Source: Eledone cirrhosa (Eukaryota). Taken from it: a DNA stretch of 64,000 nucleotides. Both the position numbers and the translations under genes were made by a program. This document shows positions 37,934 to 50,466 of this stretch, piece by piece. Within the stretch, counting starts at the first letter, position 1. Each line of letters begins with the position of its first letter. The notes beneath the pieces were generated by a model that worked only from the letters and a program-made list of their open reading frames with translations, was not told the origin of the DNA and did not search any database. The DNA is taken from the NCBI GenBank assembly GCA_964016885.1, contig OZ024740.1, positions 175,336,001 to 175,400,000 of the forward strand, given 5' to 3'.

Positions 37934-39668
37934 GATAATGACCCTAAAATTAGATTAATCTGCCCCTCTAAATCAGATATAGGTAAAATAAGCAAATATA
38001 TCTTAGATAGAATCATCCCCCTAATTAAGGCTAAGGTTAACATTAAACTCTGGGGGAAGACCCAAGAAGCAATAAGATGGTTTAATAACATTAGCAATAA
38101 GAATAAATCTAAGTTTATCCAGTTTGATATCGATGAATATTACTCATCGATATCACCCGAAACTCTGAATAGAGCCATTGAGTTTGCTAAGGATAACTCT
38201 GACCTTACAAACGAAGAAATTAAGATTATATTAGAAGTTAGGAAAACTATAGTCAAAATTAAGAACAGTTATTGGGTTCGTAAAGATAGACCCTCCAACT
38301 GTGACATAACAATGGGCTCTAACGATTCGGCGGAAATAACTGATATTGTGGGGTTATTTATCGCCTTTAGACTCCAGGAAAAATTCAGTAATCTCCATGG
38401 TGGAATATACCGCGATGATGCTCTCCTCCTAGTTAAAACCTAAATAACCAAAAACTAGAAAAACTACGCAAAGATATAAGAAAACTACTACTTGAAATAG
38501 GACTAACTATAACATACTAACACAACCTTAAAGTAGTTAACTTCCTGGATGTCACACTCAATTTAAACTCTGGTCTGATTAAACCGTTTCATAAATTGAA
38601 TGAAAATCTCAAGTACGTGAATGTTGGGTCTAACCACCCCATCTCTATAATTAAATCTATCCCTAAAAATATTTCCCTTAGAATCTCGGGTCTATCTTCT
38701 AACATACAAGTATTTAAGGAACACGCCGAGTACTACGATAACACCCTTAGTAAAGCAGGCTACCTCAACAAAATAGAATATATAGATGAAAACAATCAAA
38801 ACACCCAAAATAAATCCCACATAGGTAGAAATAATAACACAACACCAAACCACACTTACTACCATAGTGTACACACCAATAAACCAACACACAAAACTAA
38901 TAGAAAGCGATGCAAAGAGTACTTATGGTATAACCCTGAATACAATAGTTCCATTAGTACAAATTTACCAGTACTCTTCTTTAAAATAGTTAAGAAACAT
39001 TTTCCTACATCACACACATACCACAAAATCCTAAACCCTACCACTATAAGACTATCATACTCTACAGCGTTAAACCTTGAACAACACATAAAAAAGATTA
39101 ACACTAAAAACTTAAGTACAAAGAGCACAAAAAAAAAACAGTAGACAATACACTACAGAACATAAATAAACCACACCCAAGTTCGTCCGCAATACTACTC
39201 CAGAGTGAACCTAACTACAAAACCAACGTACACAACTGTAACTGCACCTATCCTGACAATTGCCCCCTCGGCAATAACTGCCTTGAAAAAAATATCATAT
39301 ATAAGTGTACCATTGAATCCGGAGGCAACGAGTGGTATTACGTGGGATCAACGGCAACATCGTTTAAATCTCGATTATATAGGCATTCTTACTCAATAAA
39401 ACACCAGAGCCAAAGAAATGTAACAACCTTAGCAGAAAAAGCTTGGACGCTCAGGGATAGCGATCAAAAGTTTACCCTAAAATGGGAGAAATTAGCTAAA
39501 ACCCAAAGCTTTTCCAGGAGCCAAAATTTCTGCAAATTATGTAATCTTGAGATTTATTACATAATCACACACAAGAAGAAATTGCTTAATAACAGAATTG
39601 AACGAACATTATTCTGCCGTCACCGAACTAAAACCCTTTTTCCCCACTACAAGCTGAATATTACATAA
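37934..39668 (+). pseudogene. PLE-3 RT + GIY-YIG (several stops and frameshifts)
   Basis: IRLICPSKSDIG, FIQFDIDEYYSSI, DITMGSNDSAE, GGIYRDD, VNFLDVTL, WYNPEY, CNCTYPDNCPLGNNC, YVG, CKLCNLE. Confidence 0.92.
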
Positions 39669-40541
39669 ACGAGGGACATCCTCCCAACTATACAAATCCT
39701 CAATCTAGTTAGAAAAATATAAAAACAATCTAGTCTCAACATATATATGTACTATTAATAACCTTAAATTATCACACTAATAATGGATAAATATGCTGGC
39801 GAGAATAGGTGCGAATATGCTATAATGAATGTGTCTAAAAGCGACCATATGAATGTATATATGTGAAAATGTATATAAATAAGTAAATAAGTGGGTGAGT
39901 GTATATATATATATATATGTTTGATGTGTATAATTAAATGTATGTGTATTCATGTATATGTGTATTTATATATATATATATATATATATACATACATGGA
40001 CAAGAGTATGTATGTATATATGTGTGTGTCTATATGTGTGTATATGAAGATAAGTAGAGTATGAAAGTGTATATACACGAATGCGTACGTATGTACACAT
40101 ATATGTATGTAAGTATGAGCATGTAAGTATGTGTATGTGAGTGTATGTATTTGTAGAGGTGTACATATATGTAAGTGTGTGAATGTGTATGTTTTTAAAA
40201 AAAATAAGTATATATACGCATATATTTATGTATGGGCGAACGGATACGTACACTTGAAAGAAAAATTTAAGTCTGTATGTGAATTAAGTGCAAACACAAA
40301 ACCAACCATGCATATCTTTACTATCTCTAATCCTTCTATAGATTTAGAAAAATAACCAATACAGCCAACGCCAAATAATGAAGATCCTATAAAAATGTCA
40401 CACTTAACTAACAAAATAATAGATGGGAATCTAATTACCCACTGCTATCAAAAATGTCTATCCACTCCCTTAACTATTCTTCTAACAACTTCACTCCTCC
40501 CTCTGAATATTCTCTATAAAAACCAAACAAGTTCTCAATGA

Positions 40542-40591
40542 TATTATTCTGATGAAATGGTAGTTGAAAATAACATTGAAATATTGAGTGT
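40542..40591 (+). ncRNA. Possible degenerate hammerhead in the PLE-3 pLTR (mirror copy ~36928-36976, minus strand)
   Basis: CTGATGA AATG...CATT GAAA TATT; stems I and III poor. Confidence 0.35.
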
Positions 40592-40902
40592 CTGCATAAT
40601 TAATACTTTGTAGATAGCAGCTGTTTTCAGGATATATAACTGTTATTGAAACACGTGTCAATAAATTCCTTTTACTGAACTGTATCCATTTAAATCCTTC
40701 TCTCTATATATATATATAAATATATATATATTATATATATATTATATATATATATTATATATATGTATATAATATACATATTATATATGTTATATATATA
40801 TATATATATATATTATATCTATATTATATATATATATATTATATATATATTATATATATATTATGAAAATAAACCAAAGAAGCCTTCAATACATCAAAAG
40901 TC

Positions 40903-40955
40903 CTTATTAGCCAACAATGTTTCGTCCTATTAAGGACTCATCAGGGCAATTAAAG
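40903..40955 (-). ncRNA. Type I hammerhead ribozyme (PLE-4, inverted arm)
   Basis: GCC CTGATGA GTCCT taat AGGAC GAAA CATTG TT GGC. Confidence 0.88.
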
Positions 40956-41286
40956 CTATAAGAAGCACTATCAGCCAATACAAGCCAAAAACTCAGAAGA
41001 ATATGGAGTGTACATACATTAAAGCATAGGAAAATTATCGGGTAAAAATTATCAAGTAAAAATTGCTAAGGGAGTGAATAACATTTTGAACCATATTACA
41101 AATATAGCCCAATGTAAAAACTAAATCTAAACAAAGGTGGTGATATAGAGCGGGAATTATTGTACTATATATAATATAATATAATATAATATAATATAAT
41201 ATAATATAATATAATATAATTGATAATGATAATAATAATAATAATATTAAAAGGCCCAATATACATATATATATACATATGTACAC

Positions 41287-41604
41287 AGGTTTAATTCTCA
41301 TATCTCTAATTTTAAACATGTTAAGTTTAAGAATTCTACTTCTTTAGCACACCATATTTGGGATCTTAAGGAGGGCAATATACCATATAGCCTTAATTGG
41401 CGAATAGTAGCACGCTCTAATAACCTTTCAACACATACTAAATTTTGTAATCTCTGTATCCTTGAGACCCACTCTATAATTTTCTCTAGGGAAACCTTAC
41501 TTAATAGAAAGTCTGAGATATTCTCTTCTTGCCCCCACGCCATTTCAAATTCTTACTTTTATTATAAACCTAAAGGTTCTAGTGGTGTAAATTGTATCCA
41601 TTAG
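41287..41604 (+). pseudogene. PLE-4 GIY-YIG C-terminal remnant (105 codons, open)
   Basis: RFNSHISNFKH...STSLAHHIWDLK...WRIVARS...CNLCILE...LLNRKSEIFSSCPH. Confidence 0.85.
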
Positions 41605-43334
41605 CTGCTATATTCCCTTACCTTTTTAGTTTAGGTTCATTTTGTTTACCACCATCATTATCATTATTATTATTATTGGTTTTTAACAGCTTTTCATTCT
41701 AGTTTTCATAGTCCTTTGGCTACCATACCATATCTATATTATATTTTCACTATTAACACCTTATGAGTTTATATCTGATTATATATTTTATTTTATATTA
41801 TTTTATTTTATTTTATTTGGATTCTTCTTTAGATAATTACCCCCCCCCCCCCACACACACTTGTCATTCGCCCCTTCAAATATACTATAATTATATTCAA
41901 TTCCCTTTTATGCTCCTTTCTATTGTATAATACAGTATATTGATTATTATTTTATGCTCCTTCGTATCCTCCATACATTTCTTTTTTCTGTCCCCATTGG
42001 CCTACCATAATTATACTTAAAGTCCGTTTATTAGTTAACGTTATTCAACTGATAGTAGAATATTTCATTCGTTTCCAGATATTTTTATAGTGATATCTTA
42101 AACTTTGGAGATTTTGATTACTTAAACCATAGCTAATTTTGTATTGACTTATGTATTTTAAATACTTTCAATATTAATTAATTTAATAGGGTTTTCTAGT
42201 CATTTATCCGGGTTTGTTTCCTAAATTTTTTACTTAACTGCATGTGACACCTAAGTAAATACTTTTGTTTTTTTTTTCGATTTCCGGTTGATTTTATTTA
42301 TATATTTATACTACCGTGCGTAGTTTTCTGTCTGGTTCCTATTCACTTATTCACAAATGTCTGTCCACCAACCACGTAATTATGTATATTATACTATGTT
42401 CAATATTTTATATTGAAATTTTTATATCATTCCACTCTTTGTAAACGTACTACTGATCTTTATTATTTACCGATTATTAAATGCACCATTATGTTATGTT
42501 AAATTTGTAAATTCTGTAATATGTTTATATTTTATAATTTTTGTAATGTTTGGATAATATTTATTTACACCAATTGTAGAGAAATGTGACCTCCATCTGT
42601 TTTCTTGCAATGGTTTTGATATTTTTCCAACATAATTTTTCCAACATAATTTAGTTCTGTACAATATTTTTTCTCACCCGGTCTGTAACTCTATATGATT
42701 TGTTAAGTTATATGCCATTATATTATAATATTGTTATTATAGTGTTATTGTAACATTTATATTGTTTGTGCAAATTAACCGGAGATTATCTATTATATAA
42801 TTATATAGTTTATTATATATTATATGTTTACTTTTAATCATTTCTTCTTCATTTTATACTGTAAATAATATATGTATTATATTTTTATTTTTATTCTTAT
42901 TATTCTTATTTATATTTAAACTCTTAATAAGGGTTAGTTTGTGCTTGTATTGATGGAAATGTGTATTGATATATATGTATATATGTGTACATATGTATAT
43001 ATATATATATGTATATTGGGACTTTTAATATTATTATTATTATTATCATTATCAATTATATTATATTATATTATATTATATTATATTATATTATATTATA
43101 TTATATTATATTATATTATATATAGTACAATAATTCCCGCTCTATATCACCACCTTTGTTTAGCTTTAGTTTTTGCATTGGACTATATTTGTAATATGGT
43201 TCAAAATGTTATTCACTCCCTTAGCAATTTTTACTTGATAATTTTTACCCGATAATTTTCCTATGCTTTAATGTATGTACACTCCATATTCTTCTGAGTT
43301 TTTGGCTTGTATTGGCTGATAGTGCTGCTTATAG

Positions 43335-43388
43335 CTTTAATTACCCTGATGAGTCCTTAATAGGACGAAACATTGTTGGCTAATAAAG
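43335..43388 (+). ncRNA. Type I hammerhead ribozyme (PLE-4 3' pLTR)
   Basis: ACC CTGATGA GTCCT taat AGGAC GAAA CATTG TT GGC. Confidence 0.85.
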
Positions 43389-43616
43389 ACTTTTGATGTA
43401 TTGAAGGCTTCTTTGGTTTATTTTCATAATTCTTCGGCTCTGTTTAATTACATTGAGCTATACCTTTACTGTCATTTCTATAATACGAAGAGGGTGTTTA
43501 ACTCCAACACACTCTAGTATTTTAAATTGTCTTATATTATATATATATATGTATTATATATATTGTATATATATTATCAGATGTGAGAAAAACCACAGAC
43601 CCTCCATCTCAACTCA

Positions 43617-43654
43617 CCTTTTGAAAAGCAGAAGAACTGCGAAACCGGTAAAGG
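43617..43654 (+). ncRNA. U3-A8 variant hammerhead (family W fragment 43590-43735)
   Basis: CCTT TTGAAAA GCAG aagaa CTGC GAAA CCGG TA AAGG; all three stems pair. Confidence 0.75.
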
Positions 43655-43800
43655 AACCAAATAAATATATATATTTAAAAAGAAAATAATACTCCAGTTG
43701 CATTTTCGATTCCATCTCTTTTTCTTTATACTTTCACTCGTGTAGGACACCTCGGTTATTTTTCATTTTGTAAAAAAAACCTCACTTTCTATATATATAT

Positions 43801-43834
<34 letters not shown>

Positions 43835-43869
43835 ATATATATATGTATATATATATATATTATATATAT

Positions 43870-43911
<42 letters not shown>

Positions 43912-43925
43912 GTATATATATATAT

Positions 43926-43986
<61 letters not shown>

Positions 43987-44063
43987 TATATTTATATATT
44001 ATATATATATATATATATTATATTTATACACACACATATAAATATATATATATATATATAGAT

Positions 44064-44095
<32 letters not shown>

Positions 44096-44154
44096 ATATA
44101 TATATATAAATATATATCTATCTATATATATATATATATATATATATAATAAGA

Positions 44155-44386
44155 CTAGTCTTGGCCGCGCTGTCCACAACTTCCTGGCGAAACAGATCTC
44201 TTTGGATTTGTACGCGTGTGTTATATAGATATAGAGGTGCGTATTGTATTTCGATTTATATATCTAATTATTGTGTGTCTACCCTGCGTCCCATAGTTTA
44301 TAGATTCCATACACTGGTGATCTTCCCTGTTTTATTGATGGCACACTATCTCTCTCTCTCTAGTGTGTTACCTTTTCAACATATTG

Positions 44387-44390
<4 letters not shown>
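44155..44390 (+). mobile_element. Family Y fragment, truncated within hammerhead stem II
   Basis: Reverse complement of 31505-31720; keeps GAAA-stem III-GUA. Confidence 0.7.
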
Positions 44391-44429
<39 letters not shown>

Positions 44430-44490
44430 CAACTAGAAATTGATTGACAAATATATATATCTAAAATATACCCATGAAGCAATCACAGGG

Positions 44491-44582
<92 letters not shown>

Positions 44583-44769
44583 CAAATTGAGATGACAGAT
44601 TAGATTTCTGAAACCATTAAATAACTACAGTGGTTAATATGATCGACTAAAATCATGGAATTGCCCCAGCAAGGCCGCAGTCTAATGACTAAAATCAGTA
44701 AAAGTATACATTGGAACACGCAAAATTTTAATTTGATGTTCTCGCTACTTCTGAAATTGCAGCATATAT

Positions 44770-45180
44770 GTAGATAGAGTAGCTAGAAATAGCAGTGAAC
44801 ATCGTGACATTGCTTTACGTAAATGCGATCAAGGTTTGTAGCGAATGCAACAGAATCAGGATTATACTCCACTGCACTTCATTGCATTGTTTCCACTATG
44901 AGAGAGAAGTTGGAACATAACACTCATCGGTGTGAATAATAACAAACAAAGTAGGCAGATGAACTATTATGCAAATAGAAGGATGTATCGAATCAATGAT
45001 TTTGGAACGTTACGAATAGGAACAAGATTATCACAAGTACACATTGTCAGTAGATGTTGAGAAAGGGAAAACTGCAATCTGAAATGGATTCGAAAGAATC
45101 AGCGAGAACTCAGAGTAGAATGAAACAAACGCAAATAATGGCAGTAATCATAAAGATGGTGTGCTTCTATCTTCTTTTCA
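44770..45180 (+). pseudogene. Degraded Helitron Rep/helicase N-terminal region
   Basis: YTPLHFIALFP, MNYYANRRMYRINDF..L..G.RL, NLKWIRKNQRELRVE resemble Helitron_like_N motifs (YDPL.YPLLFP; RL.YIR.NQ..LR.E). Confidence 0.6.
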
Positions 45181-46220
45181 TTAAATTGATCTGGTTCTAC
45201 AAAAACTCAATGCTGTTATTGATCCTATAAACGGAGATATATCAACCTATTTGTTAAAGTCACCTTAAAATGCATATGCAAAATGCAATGCTGAGCCTGA
45301 TCGGGTCAATTTCAATAATGGTAGAATTCCAATAATTCGGCGTAGCGGGAATTTTCCATTTGATCAATAATGCTGGATGCTGTGTTGTTGAATCCCACTT
45401 ATTCATTTGTAATCATAAATATGCTTGTTATACAAAACAAATCATATTCGTACAATATAACCTGATTTTTCTCTTGCGTAGAATCATCTCCAGAATAGCT
45501 CTCAGGTATCCTTAGTTTCACATTATCACCATCATGAAAATATAAGGAATGACGGGAATATTGCATCACTGCAATTCCAACAACTATACATTCTCTTAAA
45601 TCATTTACACTACTTCAAAATGTTGCCATTGCATCTTTAAACAGTTCGTACAGTTACGTTTTCAAGCGTGTGAACCAATTTCTGCAACATGGAATTATTA
45701 ACTGTATTCCACGCATAAGTGGTTTCATTAACACGCGCACTTGATTTCGTTGAGATTCTGGAATTGTCACTTCTTTGTATTTTCCAGCCCCCTCTCCTAT
45801 TTTGGTCAATGGCACCCTTGTCTTTATCCTACTCTTTACGTTATTTATTTCCAATGATCCACCTTTATCCGAAGTTTACATGAATAGAACACCAAAGGAT
45901 ACTGCACTAGTGCATAATAATATGGATAACGACATGTTGGTTGAAACAAAACTGTCAATTGCCCAGTATGATAGGAATATTGAGACGATAATAAAGTAAG
46001 TTTTCCTGAGAGAGAAAAAGGAAAACGATGGGAAAAAACGTCGTGCAGAGAAGATGAATGATTTCCAGTACAGATTATATATATATATTATACTATAAAT
46101 GAAAGTACTTATCATATAATTACTTTGAAAGGGGTAACATACAAGTTATGAAATATTACGATACCTCCCTCTCCACGCATACGAACGTTCAGGATAAATA
46201 GAACAAAGCGTATGTATGTA

Positions 46221-47063
46221 TATTTCTCTTTCTCTTAATTTCGAGTCAATTTTTGACCGGCCACCTTCCTGGTGGCAAGGTTGCAAAAGAAAAGAAATTG
46301 TCATCCCTTGAATCAATCGCAAGAATGTTTTGCAAATTTTGAAGGTGCCAGCTATCGCAGCCATTTGTAGTCTATGAATTAGGGTACTGCGCTCTTTGTC
46401 CACAAATCCAAAATCAGTCATACTTTGGTCCAAACGGGTTGGTATATAACCTGTTGCTCCAATAATGATGGGTATGGCTGAAGGTGTATCTTGGATTTGC
46501 AAACTCTTCATCCGTAGATATCCCCTTTCTCTTGTATTTTTCTTACAACGTTGACACCAAGTGGGCATCTGATCTCTACAACAGAGTACGTTTTCAATGT
46601 GTGGTCTCAAACAACAATATCAGGCCGGTTGTGTTTTAATTTGGTGGCAGTTTTTATTTTCATGTTCCACCATCTATCTCAACATATTCATCCTCATTTG
46701 TTTTTAATTTTGCTTTCTTAAGTGCGTTCCAGATGGTTCTAGCTACCGCATTGTGTCTCATTGGGAGGTAGTAGCGAGACGACATTCTTTCGCAGTTGGC
46801 AACAATGTGCCTAATATCTTCGATCTTTGTTTTACATAGCCTACATTTATTGTCAACTGATGGCCCTTCTCTTTTGTCTAGCAGATATTTGGTAGGGATT
46901 TCTTGTTCCTGTATTGCATAGAGATATCCTTCACGGTGGGATGTCATAAACTTGTCGGAACTCCATGCCAGGCTTTTTGAATGATTTATCCCCTCTATGG
47001 GCTGTGTTTTTCGTCTCAGGTACCCATGCACAACTTTCTCTGTAAATTAGTCCATTTTAAAAA
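46221..47063 (-). mobile_element. 5'-truncated R4/Dong-like RLE LINE (family B) in (TACA)n
   Basis: AIQEQEIPTKY, CRLC...EDIRHIVANC, RHNAVA, RPDIVV, IPIIIGATG; (TATG)n on both sides. Confidence 0.85.
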
Positions 47064-47135
47064 TATGTATGTATGTGTGTATGTATGTATGTATGTATGT
47101 ATGTATGTATGTATGTATGTATGTATGTATGTATG

Positions 47136-47241
47136 TTCAGCGCATCGGTAGGCTTCTCCTACATGGATATAAAGTAGTGGCCGTACTCGAAAACGAGTTG
47201 GCAGCCACCATGTATGTATGTATGTATGTATGGCAGCCACC
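47136..47241 (+). mobile_element. Two very short 5'-truncated copies of the RTE-N1 3' end, each with an (ATGT)n tail
   Basis: 47136-47209 and 47231-47241 match 47855-47928. Confidence 0.8.
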
Positions 47242-47319
47242 ATGTATGTATGTATGTATGTATGTATGTATGTATGTATGTATGTATGTATGTATGTATG
47301 TATGTATGTATGTATGTTA

Positions 47320-47928
47320 TGTCAGGTCACCAGCTGGTGCTACTGGTAACATGTATCCCAGTACAACCTGTCTCATGGTCGGGTCGTTGGCGACTAAACT
47401 GGCAACCTCACCAAGGTTGCTTGGTGAGGAGGCTGACTTTGGACATCCTGCAGGATTAAAAACAAAACCTGTCAAAGGGCAAAGGAGCTCTTAAGAGTCA
47501 ATGGCCATCCAAAATCACCGGGAGAGATGACCCCTTAGCCTTTGTCAAGGCAGAATTCTAGGAGAAGGAAAACTCTGATATAACACCTGCAACCCTGATG
47601 GTATCCAATGATGTTGACTTGTTCTTCCTTTTGGTAAATATCATCTTGGTTAAGAGAGTGGGACTGGCTTTGTGCAGTGCCTTTGCTCACTATAAAAGCT
47701 TCACGGCACGGGCATTGCTTTATATCTGGAGATCTCTCTGCACTTGTCATCACATGGTACCATGGGCCCAGCACTATGTGTCAATAATTGTCACAAGTGT
47801 AGTGTTTGTACCCGAGTTTTCAAGTCGCTGGCTGGACTAAAAAGTCACACTCGTTTAGCGCATCAGTAGGGGTTCTCTTACATGGATATAAAGTAGTGGC
47901 CGTACTCGAAAACGAGTTGGCAGCCACC
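47320..47928 (+). mobile_element. Non-autonomous RTE-derived bipartite element RTE-N1 (~610 bp) with (ATGT)n tail
   Basis: RTE 5'UTR-like GGAGAAGGAAAACTCTGA; C-terminal C2H2 remnant HKCSVCTRVFKSLAGL.SH; near-identical copy at 52716. Confidence 0.75.
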
Positions 47929-47966
47929 ATGTATGTATGTATGTATGTATGTATGTATGTATGTAT

Positions 47967-48567
47967 GTCGGGTCCTTCTTCATTACAACCTGTCGCATGG
48001 TTGGGTCGTCGGCGACTAGACCAGCAGCCCCATCCAGTTTACTTGGTGAGGAGGGTGATTTTGGACACCCTGCAGGACAAAAACAAAACCTGACAAAGGA
48101 TCCCTACCCTTTGTCGGGGCATTCTTCTAGGAAAAGGTAACTCAGGAAACTGGGATAACTCCGACATAAAACCTGCAGCCAAATAGTTACCGATGATGTT
48201 GATCTTTTCTTCTTTTCGTGTTATAGCTACTGTCGCTCAGAGTGTGGGATCGCCTCAGTGTACAGTCTTTCATCACTTAAAAAAAAATCTTTACGCACAG
48301 GCATTGTATGATAGCATTGTGAATTGGCAGTATCGGTAGAGGGTTGGACGCAATGCTTTCTAGCATAGTTACATCCCTTTATAGTCTGAGTTCAAATCCC
48401 GCCGAGGTTAACTTTGCCTTTCATCCTTACGGGGTCGATAACATAAAGTACCAGTAATGTACTGGGTAATTGCTGGCCTTGTGCCTAAAGTAAAAACAAT
48501 TAATTAATAATAATTAATAATGTTATATCGTGTAATGGCCATACTCGATAACGAGGGGGCAACCAAC
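47967..48567 (+). mobile_element. Related non-autonomous RTE-derived element RTE-N2, interrupted by a SINE
   Basis: Homologous leader; 3' GGCCATACTCGATAACGAG...(ATGT)n; uninterrupted junction seen in the copy at 58261-58501. Confidence 0.7.
48319..48501 (+). mobile_element. tRNA-derived SINE (MetaSINE-like) nested in RTE-N2
   Basis: Same family as 7735-7922. Confidence 0.85.
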
Positions 48568-49101
48568 ATGTATGTATGATTTGTCCTGTGGCTAAGACAT
48601 TCGCTTGCAAAGGAGTGGTTCTAAGTTTCATCTCATTTTGCGCCACCACCTTTAGCATCGGAATGAATTATCCCAAGGGAGCGGAATATGGTAGATGGGA
48701 ACCACATAGAAGTTGGACGTAAATATAACTATCGTTACTATATATTTATTGTATGAAAATTACTTCCAGGTTTTAAATACTTTACATTCATTAAAACTTC
48801 CAAAAATATTTCAGTCCTGAGTGAGCGTATGTGTGTGTGTGAGTACTAGCATGTATGAAACCTACGAGGACGTCAGAGAGTGAGTGTGGATATTTTAGTA
48901 ACATTACATATAGAGTGTGTGTGTGTGCGTTGATACTGGTATCGGTGTAGCTGTTAGACTGAATGGATGTCAATAATTCCCAGTGGACGAGATATGCATA
49001 TAAACTTTTAATCCTTTTATGTAATGTATGTGTGTGCAATTATGTATGTATGTATAGAGCTCAGCACGCTTCACTGCTAATGTATAATGCGCATTTGGAT
49101 A

Positions 49102-49134
<33 letters not shown>

Positions 49135-49206
49135 CTTCTTCTTCTTCTTCTTCTTCTTCTTCTTCTTCTTCTTCTTCTTCTTCTTCTTCTTCTTCTTCTT
49201 CTTCTT
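49102..49206. repeat. Compound (GTC)n(TTC)n microsatellite
   Basis: Seen directly in the sequence. Confidence 0.95.
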
Positions 49207-49214
49207 TAGAACTC

Positions 49215-49480
49215 TATTCACACACAGAGCGCACTGTGCAGGCTTCCCTGGGGGAATGTGTGTCTCAGTCTTCGAAGCACTGATTTCCATTTACGCCGTG
49301 CAGTACTCTGCAGCAAACCTATCAAGTGCATATCGGCGATCACCCTCTGAGGAACTAAGTAATACCATGTCGTCCCCAAATTCCAGCCAACTGATCCTAC
49401 ATTCTTCAGTATTGATACCACTTCTAGCCTGTCCGTGAAGGTTATTAACAAGAGAGGTGATTGTTCCCCTTCTTGGCGGA
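49215..49480 (-). pseudogene. RTE (Rex3/Expander-like) RT remnant
   Basis: FGDDMVLLSSSEGD...ALDRFAAE...MEISASKTE. Confidence 0.7.
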
Positions 49481-49518
49481 TTTCGATATCCCGTTAAAGG
49501 TTTCGAATTAGCACCAGT

Positions 49519-49684
49519 TATTCGATTACAAATACATGGGAATTCGTCTGGACTTCACGGCAGCAAGAAGCTGTCTATCGATCCTATACTCCTGCAAAAC
49601 TTTCCATAATAGGTCTTGTGCAACGTGGTTAGATTCTTGCTGCCATGAAGTCTATACTAATTCCCTAGTATTTGTGATCGAATA
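49519..49684. repeat. Old inverted repeat (~55-bp arms, ~55-bp spacer), MITE-like
   Basis: tattcgattacaaatac...cggcagcaagaa / ttcttgctgccatg...gtatttgtgatcgaata. Confidence 0.65.
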
Positions 49685-49812
49685 AATGATGCTAGGCGTC
49701 TACATAGCAATGCAGAGATTGATTTACTTACGAAACATTGATAAATTTGAAAATTTAAAATACATCAACTATTATTAAAATTATCTTCATTGTGGCGACT
49801 ATATTTAGAAAT

Positions 49813-49844
<32 letters not shown>

Positions 49845-49848
<4 letters not shown>

Positions 49849-50398
49849 GGAAAAAATGAAACGAAATTTCATTTCCCACTCTTAGTACGGCTGTTACTTA
49901 AATATAAGTATGTATACGTACATACATATATGTATACAGACGTACAGTAGTATGTATATTTATATACATGCATGCACACATATATATATGTACGTATGGA
50001 TTCACCGAACATTTATTATAATGCTCGGTGTGTTTGTAAACAAACATCCCGTATTAAGCCGTAGTGTCTAGCAACCATCGTTGCTCGTTTGTTCAACACT
50101 GACAAAGGAACGCTGTACTAGTTTCAAGCTTATTAGCTATCGTCAGCAACGTATACCTTCCTGCCGATTGCTAATAAGCTTGAAACTACTACATCGTTCC
50201 TTTGTCAGTGTTGAACAAACGAGCAACGATGGTTGCTAGACACTACGGCTTAATACTGGATGTTTGTTTACAAACACACCGAGCATTATAATAAATGTTC
50301 GGTGAATCCATACGTACATATATATATGTGTGCATGTATGTATATATATATACATACTATTGTACGTCTGTATACATGTATGTATGTACGTATACATA

Positions 50399-50402
<4 letters not shown>
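49845..50402. mobile_element. Family T fold-back
   Basis: 49845-50165 matches 23760-24080; inverted arm 50166-50402; (TA)n flanks. Confidence 0.85.
50111..50151 (-). ncRNA. Minimal type I hammerhead ribozyme (family T)
   Basis: CGTTG CTGACGA TAGCT aata AGCTT GAAA CTAG TA CAGCG. Confidence 0.8.

Positions 50403-50466
<64 letters not shown>

Larger units (their letters stand above)
36710..40702 (+). mobile_element. Penelope-like retroelement PLE-3 (Naiad-like), 5' truncated, with ~1.1-kb inverted pLTR
   Basis: 36817-37933 is the reverse complement of 39597-40701; RT/EN between the arms; (TA)n flanks. Confidence 0.92.
40860..43535 (+). mobile_element. 5'-truncated Penelope-like element PLE-4 with ~425-bp inverted pLTR and ~1.8-kb AT-rich 3' UTR
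   Basis: 40860-41286 is the reverse complement of 42985-43430; GIY-YIG remnant follows the junction. Confidence 0.88.

Noticed and set aside
48963-49290. Poly-R/S and poly-D/K ORFs
   Set aside because: Translations of the (GTC)n(TTC)n microsatellite.
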